Source: an uncultured Candidatus Saccharibacteria bacterium
GTDB lineage: Bacteria; Patescibacteriota; Minisyncoccia; Phycocordibacterales; WO2-35-19
Assembly: GCA_964464975.1 (NCBI GenBank)
Contig: CAYXKV010000001.1
Span: 457 to 64,456, forward strand
Direction of reading: 5' to 3'
DNA length: 64,000 bases
The notes under the pieces are model-generated. The model did no database searches, had not been told where the DNA came from, and saw only the letters and a program-made list of their open reading frames with translations. The first letter of the stretch is position 1. Every line of letters starts with the position of its first letter. This document shows, piece after piece, positions 1 to 9,508 of this stretch. The position numbers were made by a program, and so were the translations under genes.

Positions 1-2862
1 GATAAAGCAGAGAATAAAGATAACTACTATACGCTTGTAGAATTTCCTTATCCGTCCGGAAATCTACATATTGGGCACTGGTACGCCTTTGCCGTGCCGG
101 ATATTTTTGCCCGAATGAAGAGAATGCAGGGTTACAACGTCCTATTTCCAATAGGTTTCGACGCTTTCGGACTACCGGCTGAAAATGCCGCCATCAAGCA
201 CGGCCTTGATCCAAAAAAATGGACTTATGAAAACATCGCCCATATGGAGAAACAGCTCCAGAGCATGGGAAACTCTTTTGATTGGTCGCGCAAAGTAATT
301 ACCTCGGATCCAGAGTATTACAAGTGGACACAGTGGCTCTTCCTCAAGTTTTATGAAAAGGGGCTAGCATATAAAAAGAAGGCATCGGTCAACTGGTGCC
401 CCAAAGACCAGACTGTTCTCGCAAACGAGCAAGTGGTTAGCGGTAAATGCGAAAGGTGTGGCACTGAAGTAGTGCAAAAGGATCTTGATCAGTGGTTTTT
501 CAAAATCACTGATTATGCGGAGCGCTTGCTCTCTGGCCTTGATAGCCTGAAATGGCCGGAGGCAATAAAGGAAGCCCAGAGAAATTGGATAGGGCGTTCT
601 GAAGGAGCAGAGATCAGTTTTAAGCTGATTTCAAGTAGCGAGCATCAAGTGACGAGCATCAAGGTGTTTACGACGAGGGCGGATACTTTGTTTGGGGCGA
701 CATATCTTGTATTGGCGCCAGAACATGAAATAATCTCAGAACTAAAAAATCAAAACGCAAAACAACATCTTAAAATTCAAAATTGGGAAGAAATAGAAAA
801 ATATGTTAAGAGCGTGAGAAACAAGTCTGATATCGAGAGGATTTCAGACACCAGAGAAAAAAGCGGAGTTGAATTGATAGGAGTAAGAGCGATTAATCCA
901 GCAACAGGGGAAGAAATTCCTGTCTGGGTTGCAGACTATGTTTTAGCAAGCTACGGCACTGGGGCGGTCATGGCCGTACCATCCCATGACGAGCGCGACT
1001 TCGAGTTTGCAAAAAAATTTGATTTGCCTATAAAGCAGGTGATAGCTCCTCATATAATTGACCTTGATAACCCACCTAAAGAAGGGAAGAGGTGTGCCCC
1101 AAGGATAGTGGTCCAGGGAATTGTAAGGCATTGGGAAAAAGATGAGGTCATACAAATTGTTTGGAAAAAATTCCCATGGAAGACATTTGTCATAGGCGGA
1201 GCCGAAGAAGGGGAAGACCTTGTTGAGGCGGTAAAAAGGGAAGTCAGGGAAGAAACAGGTTACAAAAATTTTAAAAATGTAAGGCCCCTTTCATATGAAA
1301 TGAGATCTGAGTGGTATGCAAGCCATAAGGACGAAAACAGATACGCCCACATGAATATGTTTGAAGTAATTCTCGCAGATGGAGAAAAAGAAGAGATTGA
1401 TCAAGAGGAAAAAGAAAAGCATGAAGTGGCGTGGGTGCCTTTCGCTTCAATACCAAAGAGCTACGCTCACGTAGGGGAACTAAAAGATATTTGGGAAGGA
1501 CTCAACATAGAGGATTATCCGAGATGTTTTCAGGGAGACGGCATACTCATAAGTTCTGGAGAATTTAGTGAAATGAAATCGGAAGTAGCAAGAGAAAAAA
1601 TTGCGGAGAAGTTCGGAAAGAAAGCAGTCAAATATAAATTGAGGGATTGGCTCTTGAGCCGCCAGAGGTATTGGGGGTGTCCCATACCGATAGTGTACGA
1701 TCCCGAAGACAAACCGCACGCAGTGCCGGAGGATTATCTTCCGTGGCTTTTACCTCAAGATGTAAAAGATTTTGCACCCAAAGGGGAGTCGCCTATCGCA
1801 ACTTCGCTAGAGTTCAAAGAGAGGACAGAGAGAATTTTTGGAAATGGCTGGAAGCCGGAGTATGATACCATGGACACTTTCGTAGACTCCTCATGGTACT
1901 TCCTTCGATATTGCGATCCTCACAACAACAAAGTGCCCTTCGACAAGCTCAGGGCAGTAAACTGGATGCCGGTCAAGAGATATTCGGGCGGAGCGGAACA
2001 CACTACCATGCATCTTCTCTATTCCAGATTTTTTCACAAGGCTCTTTTCGACATAGGCCTTGTCAGTGAGCCGGAACCTTTTGCAGAGAGGATGAATCGC
2101 GGGCTTATTCTCGGCCCCGACGGGCATAAAATGAGTAAGAGCAAAGGCAACGTCATCGATCCGGATGAATGGGTGAGGAAAGTAGGGGCGGATACTGTGA
2201 GGACTTACCTTGCATTCATCGGACCTTTCAATGAGGTGGGGCAGTATCCGTGGGATTTGGGCGGAATTGCAGGTGTACGCAGATTCTTGGAAAAAATTTG
2301 GAGAATCAGCTTAGAGCTTGAAGCTAAAAGCTTAGAGGAAAAAACAAACGGAAAAAACCTCCAAGCTAGAAGCTCCGAGCTAGAAGCTTTGTTGCACAAA
2401 ACAATAAAAAAAGTTACCGAAGATATTGAGACTTTTAAATTCAATACGGCAATTTCATCTATGATGATTTTCGTAAACGAACTTGAAAAAAATATTATAC
2501 CACACGAAAAAAGCCAAGGGTTCCCCTTGGCAATGGAGGAGATGGGGATGTTTTTGAGGATACTTGCACCTTTCGCTCCGCATATGACGGAAGAGATCTG
2601 GTCTAAAAATTTTGGATACAAAATTTCAATTCACCTTGAACCTTGGCCTGAGTATAACGCAACAAAGATTTTGGATGAAAAAATTACAATAGTTGTACAA
2701 GTGAACGGCAAAGTCAGAGCGAGCTTCAAGGCAGAAGTGGGAATTTCGGAAAAGGAGGCGCGTGAAGTCGCCCTTGAAATGCCAGAGGTCAGTAAGTGGC
2801 TAATTAAAGCCATAAAAAGGGTGATATTTGTGAAAGACAAGGTCATTAATTTTATAGTTTAG
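1..2862 (+). CDS. leuS: Leucine--tRNA ligase (5' end outside window) with inserted Nudix domain
   Basis: Frame open from base 1 (YYTLVEFPYPSGNLHIGHW, HIGH motif); GFDAFGLPAENAA, CP1 editing motifs, KMSKS; Nudix box GGAEEGEDLVEAVKREVREETG at ~1195-1260. Confidence 0.97.
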   Translation, partial: DKAENKDNYYTLVEFPYPSGNLHIGHWYAFAVPDIFARMKRMQGYNVLFPIGFDAFGLPAENAAIKHGLDPKKWTYENIAHMEKQLQSMGNSFDWSRKVITSDPEYYKWTQWLFLKFYEKGLAYKKKASVNWCPKDQTVLANEQVVSGKCERCGTEVVQKDLDQWFFKITDYAERLLSGLDSLKWPEAIKEAQRNWIGRSEGAEISFKLISSSEHQVTSIKVFTTRADTLFGATYLVLAPEHEIISELKNQNAKQHLKIQNWEEIEKYVKSVRNKSDIERISDTREKSGVELIGVRAINPATGEEIPVWVADYVLASYGTGAVMAVPSHDERDFEFAKKFDLPIKQVIAPHIIDLDNPPKEGKRCAPRIVVQGIVRHWEKDEVIQIVWKKFPWKTFVIGGAEEGEDLVEAVKREVREETGYKNFKNVRPLSYEMRSEWYASHKDENRYAHMNMFEVILADGEKEEIDQEEKEKHEVAWVPFASIPKSYAHVGELKDIWEGLNIEDYPRCFQGDGILISSGEFSEMKSEVAREKIAEKFGKKAVKYKLRDWLLSRQRYWGCPIPIVYDPEDKPHAVPEDYLPWLLPQDVKDFAPKGESPIATSLEFKERTERIFGNGWKPEYDTMDTFVDSSWYFLRYCDPHNNKVPFDKLRAVNWMPVKRYSGGAEHTTMHLLYSRFFHKALFDIGLVSEPEPFAERMNRGLILGPDGHKMSKSKGNVIDPDEWVRKVGADTVRTYLAFIGPFNEVGQYPWDLGGIAGVRRFLEKIWRISLELEAKSLEEKTNGKNLQARSSELEALLHKTIKKVTEDIETFKFNTAISSMMIFVNELEKNIIPHEKSQGFPLAMEEMGMFLRILAPFAPHMTEEIWSKNFGYKISIHLEPWPEYNATKILDEKITIVVQVNGKVRASFKAEVGISEKEAREVALEMPEVSKWLIKAIKRVIFVKDKVINFIV

Positions 2863-2962
2863 TTTGTGGTATAATTTTTGTTTGACAAAACATAGGCTTG
2901 TGATATTGTAAACGTGCAAAATAGTTATATTTCGTTTGTAAAAAATTAACAATAATAAAAAT

Positions 2963-4018
2963 ATGAAAAAAGAAAACTCGAAAAACATGACATTCAGCCT
3001 CTCTTTTAGCCCCAAGCAGGTGGTTAAAAAACTTCTTTCTTCGCTACCAGCGCGCGCGCAGGACGTAGTGGTAGGGCGCTTTGGCCTTAATCCTAACGGT
3101 GAAGAAATGACCTTAGAGGCCATTGGTAAAAAATACGGCATTACCCGCGAAAGAGTTCGACAGATAGAAAATTATGCGATCAATCATATTCGCAAATCTC
3201 ATAATTACGAAAAGGAAAAGGCTGTTTTTGAGGAACTTAAAAACGTGATCAGGAAAATGGGCGCCGTCGTGTCCGAAGAAGATTTGCTTGATTATCTCGG
3301 CAAAGACATAAGCACCCGCAAATCGGTTTACTTCTTGCTTGTTGTGGGGGACGATTTTAACAAGCTCAAAGAAGATGTCGAGTTCAAGCACCGATGGCAT
3401 ATAGATAAGGAGCTCGTGGAGAGGATCCACGACGCTTTGAGGAAGCTTTATCAAAATCTTGGAAACGACGAGATCATTCCCGAGTCGGAAATGGTGTCCT
3501 CGTTCCTAAACCACATCAAAGATCTTTCTGATGATTACAAAAATGACGAGATCGTTACGCGATGGCTCTCAATTTCAAAAAATATTTCCAAAAACCCTCT
3601 CGGCGAGTGGGGCAAGACCGAGTCCTCAAATATTAAAACCAAAGGAGTCAGAGATTACGCATACCTTATATTGCATAGACACGGGTCGCCGATACACTTT
3701 CGCGAGGTAGCCAAGCTAATAAGTGACGTCTTCAAGAAAAAGGCCCACGTAGCCACCACCCACAACGAGCTTATCAAGGATCCGCGCTTCGTACTCGTTG
3801 GGAGAGGACTTTATGCACTCAAGGAATGGGGTTATGAGACCGGAGTAGTGCGCGATGTAATAAAAAACATCCTAAAAAAGCACGGCCCTCTTTCCAAAGA
3901 GGATGTCCTTGAGAAAGTTTTGAAAGAGAGGTATGTGAAGCCAAACACGGTCATGGTAAATCTCCAGAACCCCAAGCACTTCAAGAGAAACAAACAAGGC
4001 TTATACACTGTGGTCTAA
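2963..4018 (+). CDS. Protein with N-terminal sigma70 region-4-like HTH and C-terminal winged-helix (HARE-HTH-like) domains
   Basis: MTLEAIGKKYGITRERVRQIE (sigma region 4); C-terminal HNELIKDPRFVLVGRGLYALKEW; no sigma region 2. Confidence 0.7.
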   Translation: MKKENSKNMTFSLSFSPKQVVKKLLSSLPARAQDVVVGRFGLNPNGEEMTLEAIGKKYGITRERVRQIENYAINHIRKSHNYEKEKAVFEELKNVIRKMGAVVSEEDLLDYLGKDISTRKSVYFLLVVGDDFNKLKEDVEFKHRWHIDKELVERIHDALRKLYQNLGNDEIIPESEMVSSFLNHIKDLSDDYKNDEIVTRWLSISKNISKNPLGEWGKTESSNIKTKGVRDYAYLILHRHGSPIHFREVAKLISDVFKKKAHVATTHNELIKDPRFVLVGRGLYALKEWGYETGVVRDVIKNILKKHGPLSKEDVLEKVLKERYVKPNTVMVNLQNPKHFKRNKQGLYTVV

Positions 4019-4042
4019 ATCCTCCTGTGATATAATTGATAC

Positions 4043-5278
4043 ATGCTTGATTTTATTCCCGGCGAAATCTGGGACAGCTTCTGGCTTGCAGTCCGTTACA
4101 TCATCGTATATTTGCCCCTGTGGCTGCCCGTCGCATTTCTTTATGCGGCTTTTAATGCGTGGATAAATTACCGCCGCGAAGTCTTTTGGTCGAAGCAAAA
4201 TCCAGTTCTACTTGAAATAAAGCTACCGAGAGAAATCGCCAAATCGCCGGCGGCTATGGAGATAGTGCTGGGCGCTTTTTTCCAGACCGGCGGTGAAGGT
4301 ACCTGGATAGACAGGATCTGGAAAGGCCAGACAAGGGCGTGGTTTTCACTTGAGATCGTCTCCCAAGGAGGCAGGGTACGATTTTTCGTATGGACATGGA
4401 CCAAATTCAAAAACCTTATTGAGTCGCAGATTTACGCCCAGTACCCCGGGGTCGAGGTCTATGAAGCCGAGGATTATACCATTCCCGAATATTATCATCC
4501 GGAAAGGAAGGAGATCTGGGCTTGCCAATATGCCCTGACTCAGCCGGACCCGTATCCGATAAAGACATATATTGATTATGGGCTGGACAAGGACCCCAAG
4601 GAGGAATACAAGGTCGACCCTATGACTGCAACCATTGAGTTTCTGGGATCCATCACGGAAGGGCAAAATATATGGGTGCAGATACTGGTGCGGGCGCACA
4701 AGAAGAGGAGGTTTGCGGATATTTTCGGTGAAAAAGAGGATGTTTGGAAGGACGAAGCTAAAAAACAAAAGGATGAGATTATTGAGAAATTAAAAGTTAA
4801 AAAAGAAGAAGGTGGGTTTCCAAGAATTCCATCCAAAGGTGAAGCGGAGGTGATAGCGGCGCTTGAAAGAAGCATTACCAAATTGCCTTTTGACTGCACC
4901 ATCAGAGCCCTCTACATCACAGAGAAGGACAAGTTTAATTCGGCAAATATCGGCGGCATCACCGGAGCTTTCAAGCAGTACGGCTCGCTCAACTTAAACG
5001 GCTTCAGGCCTGCCGGATGGATGACCATCTTTGATTATCCGTGGCAGGAATGGTTCGGAGCGAAGGAGAAGCTCAAGCCGAAAGTTTTGGAGGAATACAA
5101 ATTAAGGAGGTTTTTCTTTTCTCCCTACAGAGGCAAAAAATTCTATTCCAAGCCGTTTGTTTTAAATACCGAAGAGCTTGCTACGATTTTCCACTTCCCC
5201 GGAGCAGTCGCTGCTACCCCGACTTTGGGAAGAGTGCCTTCCAAGAAATCCGAGGCTCCGGCAAACCTTCCAGTATAA
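4043..5278 (+). CDS. Conserved hypothetical membrane-anchored protein
   Basis: 411 aa ORF, N-terminal TM, LLEIKLPREI and FSLEIVS motifs typical of a CPR family; TGATATAAT 6 nt before ATG. Confidence 0.7.
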   Translation: MLDFIPGEIWDSFWLAVRYIIVYLPLWLPVAFLYAAFNAWINYRREVFWSKQNPVLLEIKLPREIAKSPAAMEIVLGAFFQTGGEGTWIDRIWKGQTRAWFSLEIVSQGGRVRFFVWTWTKFKNLIESQIYAQYPGVEVYEAEDYTIPEYYHPERKEIWACQYALTQPDPYPIKTYIDYGLDKDPKEEYKVDPMTATIEFLGSITEGQNIWVQILVRAHKKRRFADIFGEKEDVWKDEAKKQKDEIIEKLKVKKEEGGFPRIPSKGEAEVIAALERSITKLPFDCTIRALYITEKDKFNSANIGGITGAFKQYGSLNLNGFRPAGWMTIFDYPWQEWFGAKEKLKPKVLEEYKLRRFFFSPYRGKKFYSKPFVLNTEELATIFHFPGAVAATPTLGRVPSKKSEAPANLPV

Positions 5279-5282
5279 ACAT

Positions 5283-6374
5283 ATGATTGACAGACTTAGG
5301 CGATACATAGAGCGCTTTGTGGGGCTTCTGATGCGTAGCAAAATTGCGGAACGATTTGTCCCGAAGTATTCAAAACTAAATATTAGGCTTTTCGTAAACA
5401 AATCGCATTTTATAACCATCGATCTAGGCAGAGTGATTTCGATTTTACTTCCGATTATCTTTTTTTTGCTTCTGTTTTACGTGTCTATCTGGAAAGCTCC
5501 GAGTCCGTTCCCGGACCATGCGCTAGTAACGGTCGAGCGGGGCGAATCGCTCGGAAACATTGCGAAATCTTTTAAAGAGAAGAGAGTGGTCAAAAGCGAC
5601 CTTTGGCTTCGAGCCCTCATCATCCTCATGGGAGGAGAAAAAAAAGTCATTGCCGGGGATTATTATTTTCCCGAACCGAAAAATGTTTTTCGCGTCGCTT
5701 ACATGCTCCACAGCGGTAACTTTGGTCTGATACCGGAGAGATTTACCATTCCCGAAGGGCTTTCTTCTTACGAGATAGCCAAAATCCTAAAGGACAGGCT
5801 ACCCTCGTTTGATGAAGAAGCTTTCGTAAGCGAAGTTCAAAGTAGTAAGAGCGAAGGATATCTTTTCCCGGACACATACTTTTTTATGCCAAACATCAAA
5901 TCAAGCGACGTGATTCTCACTATGCGAGAGAATTTCGCCCGGCAGATCAAGACATATGAAGCCGATATAGAAAAATTTGGCAAGACTTTAGACGAAGTGG
6001 TCATCATGGCCTCCATAATCGAGGATGAAGCGAACGGCACTCTCGAATCAAAGCGCATCGTTTCCGGAATATTATGGAAGCGGCTGCGGCAGGATATGCC
6101 TCTTCAGGTTGACGCGCCATTCATCTACTACAACGGTAAAAATTCTTACACTTTAACAAAAAATGATCTGGGGGAGGATCATGAATACAACACCTATGTC
6201 CGCAAAGGGCTCCCCCCGACGGCTATCACCAATCCGAGCATTGATTCCATCCGAGCGGCCGTCGCCCCGACCAATAACGATTACCTATACTTCCTTTCCG
6301 ATAAGAAAGGCAACCTCTATTACGCGAGAACTTTCGAGGAACATAAACTGAACAGGGAGAGATACCTAAATTAG
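5283..6374 (+). CDS. mltG: Endolytic transglycosylase MltG
   Basis: TM anchor; TIPEG, EGYLFPDTY, ASIIEDE, YNTYVRKGLPPTAITNP; start placed at ATG 5283. Confidence 0.9.
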   Translation: MIDRLRRYIERFVGLLMRSKIAERFVPKYSKLNIRLFVNKSHFITIDLGRVISILLPIIFFLLLFYVSIWKAPSPFPDHALVTVERGESLGNIAKSFKEKRVVKSDLWLRALIILMGGEKKVIAGDYYFPEPKNVFRVAYMLHSGNFGLIPERFTIPEGLSSYEIAKILKDRLPSFDEEAFVSEVQSSKSEGYLFPDTYFFMPNIKSSDVILTMRENFARQIKTYEADIEKFGKTLDEVVIMASIIEDEANGTLESKRIVSGILWKRLRQDMPLQVDAPFIYYNGKNSYTLTKNDLGEDHEYNTYVRKGLPPTAITNPSIDSIRAAVAPTNNDYLYFLSDKKGNLYYARTFEEHKLNRERYLN

Positions 6375-6506
6375 TTATAAAGTTATAAAGGCAAAAGTTT
6401 TTAAAGATAAGAAAAGACCGGACCAACGAGGATCCGGCTATGAGTGCCTGACTTACTCAGACTAGTTTTCTTGCAGAGATTTATTTTTTATAATAACCTG
6501 GGCTCT

Positions 6507-7760
6507 ATGAAAAGTCAAACGATAAAAAATCATGAATCTGGAATCTCAAGTCCCAAATCTAAACCTAGAGTCTTTGTCGGTCTTTCTGGGGGGGTGGATA
6601 GCGCGGTTAGTGCGGCGCTTTTGAAGAGGCAAGGTTTTGACGTGACCGGAGTTTTCATTAAGGCTTGGGATCCTGAAGGGGATACCCTTGCCCCGCGAAG
6701 CTTCAGCGGAGTGGGGTGCGGATGGCGCGAGAACAGGCGAAGCGCGATGAGGGTGGCGGCCATTTTGGACATACCTTTCATTACCCTCGATCTGGAGAAG
6801 GAATACAAAAAAGATGTGGTTGACTACATGATCGAAGAGTATAAAAAAGGAAACACCCCTAACCCGGACGTAATGTGCAACAAGGCAATCAAATTCGGGC
6901 ATTTCTTGAAGTTTGCTCTGGATAATGAGGCGGATTTCGTAGCTACGGGACACTACGCACAGAAAGCAGCCAGTAGCAAGCAGCCAGTAGCCAGGAGAGG
7001 AGGAAAAAAGAATCTTGATTCCTCGATGCTAGATACTAGCTACTGGCTACTAGAAGGAGCCGATAAAAACAAGGACCAATCGTACTTCCTCTGGACCTTA
7101 ACTCAAAGGGAGCTTCGTCACACTCTTTTTCCCGTCGGACATCTAAAAAAAGAAGAGGTGCGCAAGCTCGCAAAAAAATTCGGCTTGCCCCAAGCCGTCC
7201 GAAAAGACAGTCAAGGACTTTGTTTTTTAGGCAAAATAGATATGAAGGAATTCCTGAAGAAATATGTAAGTTCAAAAAAAGGGAGTGTGCTGGACGAAAA
7301 GGGAAATGTAATCGGTCGGCATGAAGGGGCAGTTCTCTATACCACGGGCGAGAGGCATGGATTTACAATTACTAAAAAGACGGAAAGCGACTCGGCCCTT
7401 TATGTAGTGGGCAAAAATGTAGAGAAAAACACCATAACGGTAGCAAGCAAACAGCAACTAGCATCAATGGAAGAAAGGAAAGAAACCGAAAAGCCCTTCC
7501 CCCTGACCCCCTCCCCAAAGGATAGGGGGATAGGAGGTGGGCCCGTCATATTTATCAAAAACATAAATTGGATTTCGGGCAAAACTCCCGACTTAGACAA
7601 AAAATACTCTTGTCGGCTAAGATACAGGCAGGAAAAAATTTCCTGCAAAATAAAATCAGAAAAAGAAATTGAGTTAGACTCTCCTGAGCTTGCTTCAAGC
7701 GGACAATCGCTTGTAATTTACGATGGCGAGACCTGTCTTGGAGGAGGAGTAATATCTTAA
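6507..7760 (+). CDS. mnmA: tRNA 2-thiouridine(34) synthase MnmA
   Basis: SGGVDS PP-loop, TPNPDVMCN, ATGHYA, KDQSYFL, DSQGLCF; contains repeat-derived insertions. Confidence 0.95.
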   Translation: MKSQTIKNHESGISSPKSKPRVFVGLSGGVDSAVSAALLKRQGFDVTGVFIKAWDPEGDTLAPRSFSGVGCGWRENRRSAMRVAAILDIPFITLDLEKEYKKDVVDYMIEEYKKGNTPNPDVMCNKAIKFGHFLKFALDNEADFVATGHYAQKAASSKQPVARRGGKKNLDSSMLDTSYWLLEGADKNKDQSYFLWTLTQRELRHTLFPVGHLKKEEVRKLAKKFGLPQAVRKDSQGLCFLGKIDMKEFLKKYVSSKKGSVLDEKGNVIGRHEGAVLYTTGERHGFTITKKTESDSALYVVGKNVEKNTITVASKQQLASMEERKETEKPFPLTPSPKDRGIGGGPVIFIKNINWISGKTPDLDKKYSCRLRYRQEKISCKIKSEKEIELDSPELASSGQSLVIYDGETCLGGGVIS

Positions 7761-7783
7761 GCGCCCCTGCTTTCGCGGGGCGC
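7761..7783 (+). terminator. GC-rich hairpin after mnmA stop
   Basis: GCGCCCC-TGCTTTCGC-GGGGCGC; no clear U tract. Confidence 0.4.
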
Positions 7784-7911
7784 TCCATCACATCCTTCCC
7801 GCTGACAGCCGCGCAGAAATGATGAGTCTGATCGGTGCCAGAAAAAACAAGAGAATTTTGACTAACATGCTAGTTTGATTCAATCATAATTCGCTGATAC
7901 AATCAACTTTT

Positions 7912-8748
7912 ATGAGAGATGCCGTATATATTCTCAAAGCCACGGGAGAGAGGGAAGCTTTCGACTCCCAAAAGCTCTTTGATTCGCTTACGCGTTCAAG
8001 CGCAAGCGGGCCTGTTGCCGAAAAGATCGTAAGCCATATCGAATCGGAGCTCAAAGACGGCATGAGCACCAAGGAAATTTATAAGCACGCATTTGAGCTT
8101 CTTGACAGAGAGGAGAAACCGGCTGCGGCGAGATATTCTTTGAGGCGAGCCATCATGGATATGGGGCCGACCGGATTTCCGTTCGAGCAGCTTGTGGCGG
8201 AAATCTTTCGGGCAAGGGGGTTTGAGACCACCACTGAATTTATCGCCAGAGGGGAGTGCGCCGAGCACGAGATAGACATCACCGCATGGAATGAGAACAA
8301 GCTTGTTTTTGTAGAGGCCAAATTCCACAACGAACTGGGCCTCAAATCGGATCTCAAAGTAGTGTTATACATCAAGGCCCGATGGGACGACCTTTTGAGC
8401 ATGAAGTTTGAAGGCTTCGGAGAAAACAAGCGCTCTTTTGACGAAGGCTGGCTTGTTACCAATACCAAATTCTCGCAGGCAGCGATCGACTACGCCCTCT
8501 GCCGCAAGATGCGCCTTATAGGATGGAATTATCCGAGCAAGGATAATCTTCAGGATCTTATCATAGACGCGGGGCTTCACCCCATCACATGCCTCAATTC
8601 TTTGAGCCACAAGGAGAAGCAGACACTTATGGGTTTAGGGCTGATACTCTGTAAGCAAGCCAAGGAAAACCAAGATATCGTAGCTCAGGCAGTATCTCAA
8701 AATAAAATCATCCGCATGCTTGATGAAATCAATTTGATGCAGAAGTAG
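7912..8748 (+). CDS. ATP-cone domain plus Mrr-like restriction endonuclease domain protein
   Basis: N-terminal ILKATGEREAFDSQKL (ATP cone); FEQLVAEIF...HEIDI...VEAK (PD-(D/E)XK), LVTNTKFS. Confidence 0.8.
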   Translation: MRDAVYILKATGEREAFDSQKLFDSLTRSSASGPVAEKIVSHIESELKDGMSTKEIYKHAFELLDREEKPAAARYSLRRAIMDMGPTGFPFEQLVAEIFRARGFETTTEFIARGECAEHEIDITAWNENKLVFVEAKFHNELGLKSDLKVVLYIKARWDDLLSMKFEGFGENKRSFDEGWLVTNTKFSQAAIDYALCRKMRLIGWNYPSKDNLQDLIIDAGLHPITCLNSLSHKEKQTLMGLGLILCKQAKENQDIVAQAVSQNKIIRMLDEINLMQK

Positions 8749-8749
8749 A

Positions 8750-9508
8750 ATGGCAAATTTTTACAGGAAAAAACTTTATGATCCGAATGCGGAGGAAGCA
8801 TTCAGAGTGAGCCGATCCAAGATCGATCTTTTTTTGGAATGTCCCAGATGCTTTTATCTTGACCGCAGGCTCGGAGTAGCCAGACCACAAGGATTTCCTT
8901 TCAACCTGAACAGCGCAGTCGACATTTTGCTCAAAAAAGAGTTTGACATCCACCGCAGACAGAAGACCCCTCACCCTCTCATGGATTCCTATGGAGTAGA
9001 TGCCGTACCTTTCGGGCATAAAATGATGGATACTTGGAGAGACACGTTCAAAGGAGTGGAGTATTTACATGAGCCTACTAATTTCGTAGTTTTCGGCGGA
9101 GTGGATGATGTCTGGCAGGACAGCAAGGACAATCTCATAGTTGTTGACTACAAAGCCACAAGCAAAGATGCAGAAGTGACTCTCGACGCGGAATGGCAGG
9201 ATGGCTACAAAAGGCAGATGGAGGTCTATCAGTGGCTTTTGCGCCGCAACGGTTTTAGCGTTTCGGACACCGGATACTTCGTGTATGCAAACGGTCGGCG
9301 CGACAGGGAAGCATTCGACGGCAAACTGGAGTTTGACGTTAAGCTTATTCCTTACACGGGCAAGGACAATTGGGTGGAAAAAACCTTGCATCAGATGAAG
9401 GAGTGTCTGGATTCTGATGAAATTCCTAAATCCTCCGCAAACTGCGAATACTGCAAATACATAAGAGAGGTAACTAAAACAAACTCCGCACATGAACACA
9501 AAAAGTGA
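8750..9508 (+). CDS. PD-(D/E)XK nuclease superfamily protein (Cas4/AddB-like)
   Basis: CPRCFY, GGVDD, VVDYK, QMEVY, terminal CEYC. Confidence 0.85.
   Translation: MANFYRKKLYDPNAEEAFRVSRSKIDLFLECPRCFYLDRRLGVARPQGFPFNLNSAVDILLKKEFDIHRRQKTPHPLMDSYGVDAVPFGHKMMDTWRDTFKGVEYLHEPTNFVVFGGVDDVWQDSKDNLIVVDYKATSKDAEVTLDAEWQDGYKRQMEVYQWLLRRNGFSVSDTGYFVYANGRRDREAFDGKLEFDVKLIPYTGKDNWVEKTLHQMKECLDSDEIPKSSANCEYCKYIREVTKTNSAHEHKK

Noticed and set aside
8750-9508. Cas4-like gene as evidence of a CRISPR-Cas locus
   Set aside because: No repeat-spacer array, cas1 or cas2 in the window; solo Cas4-like nucleases are common.
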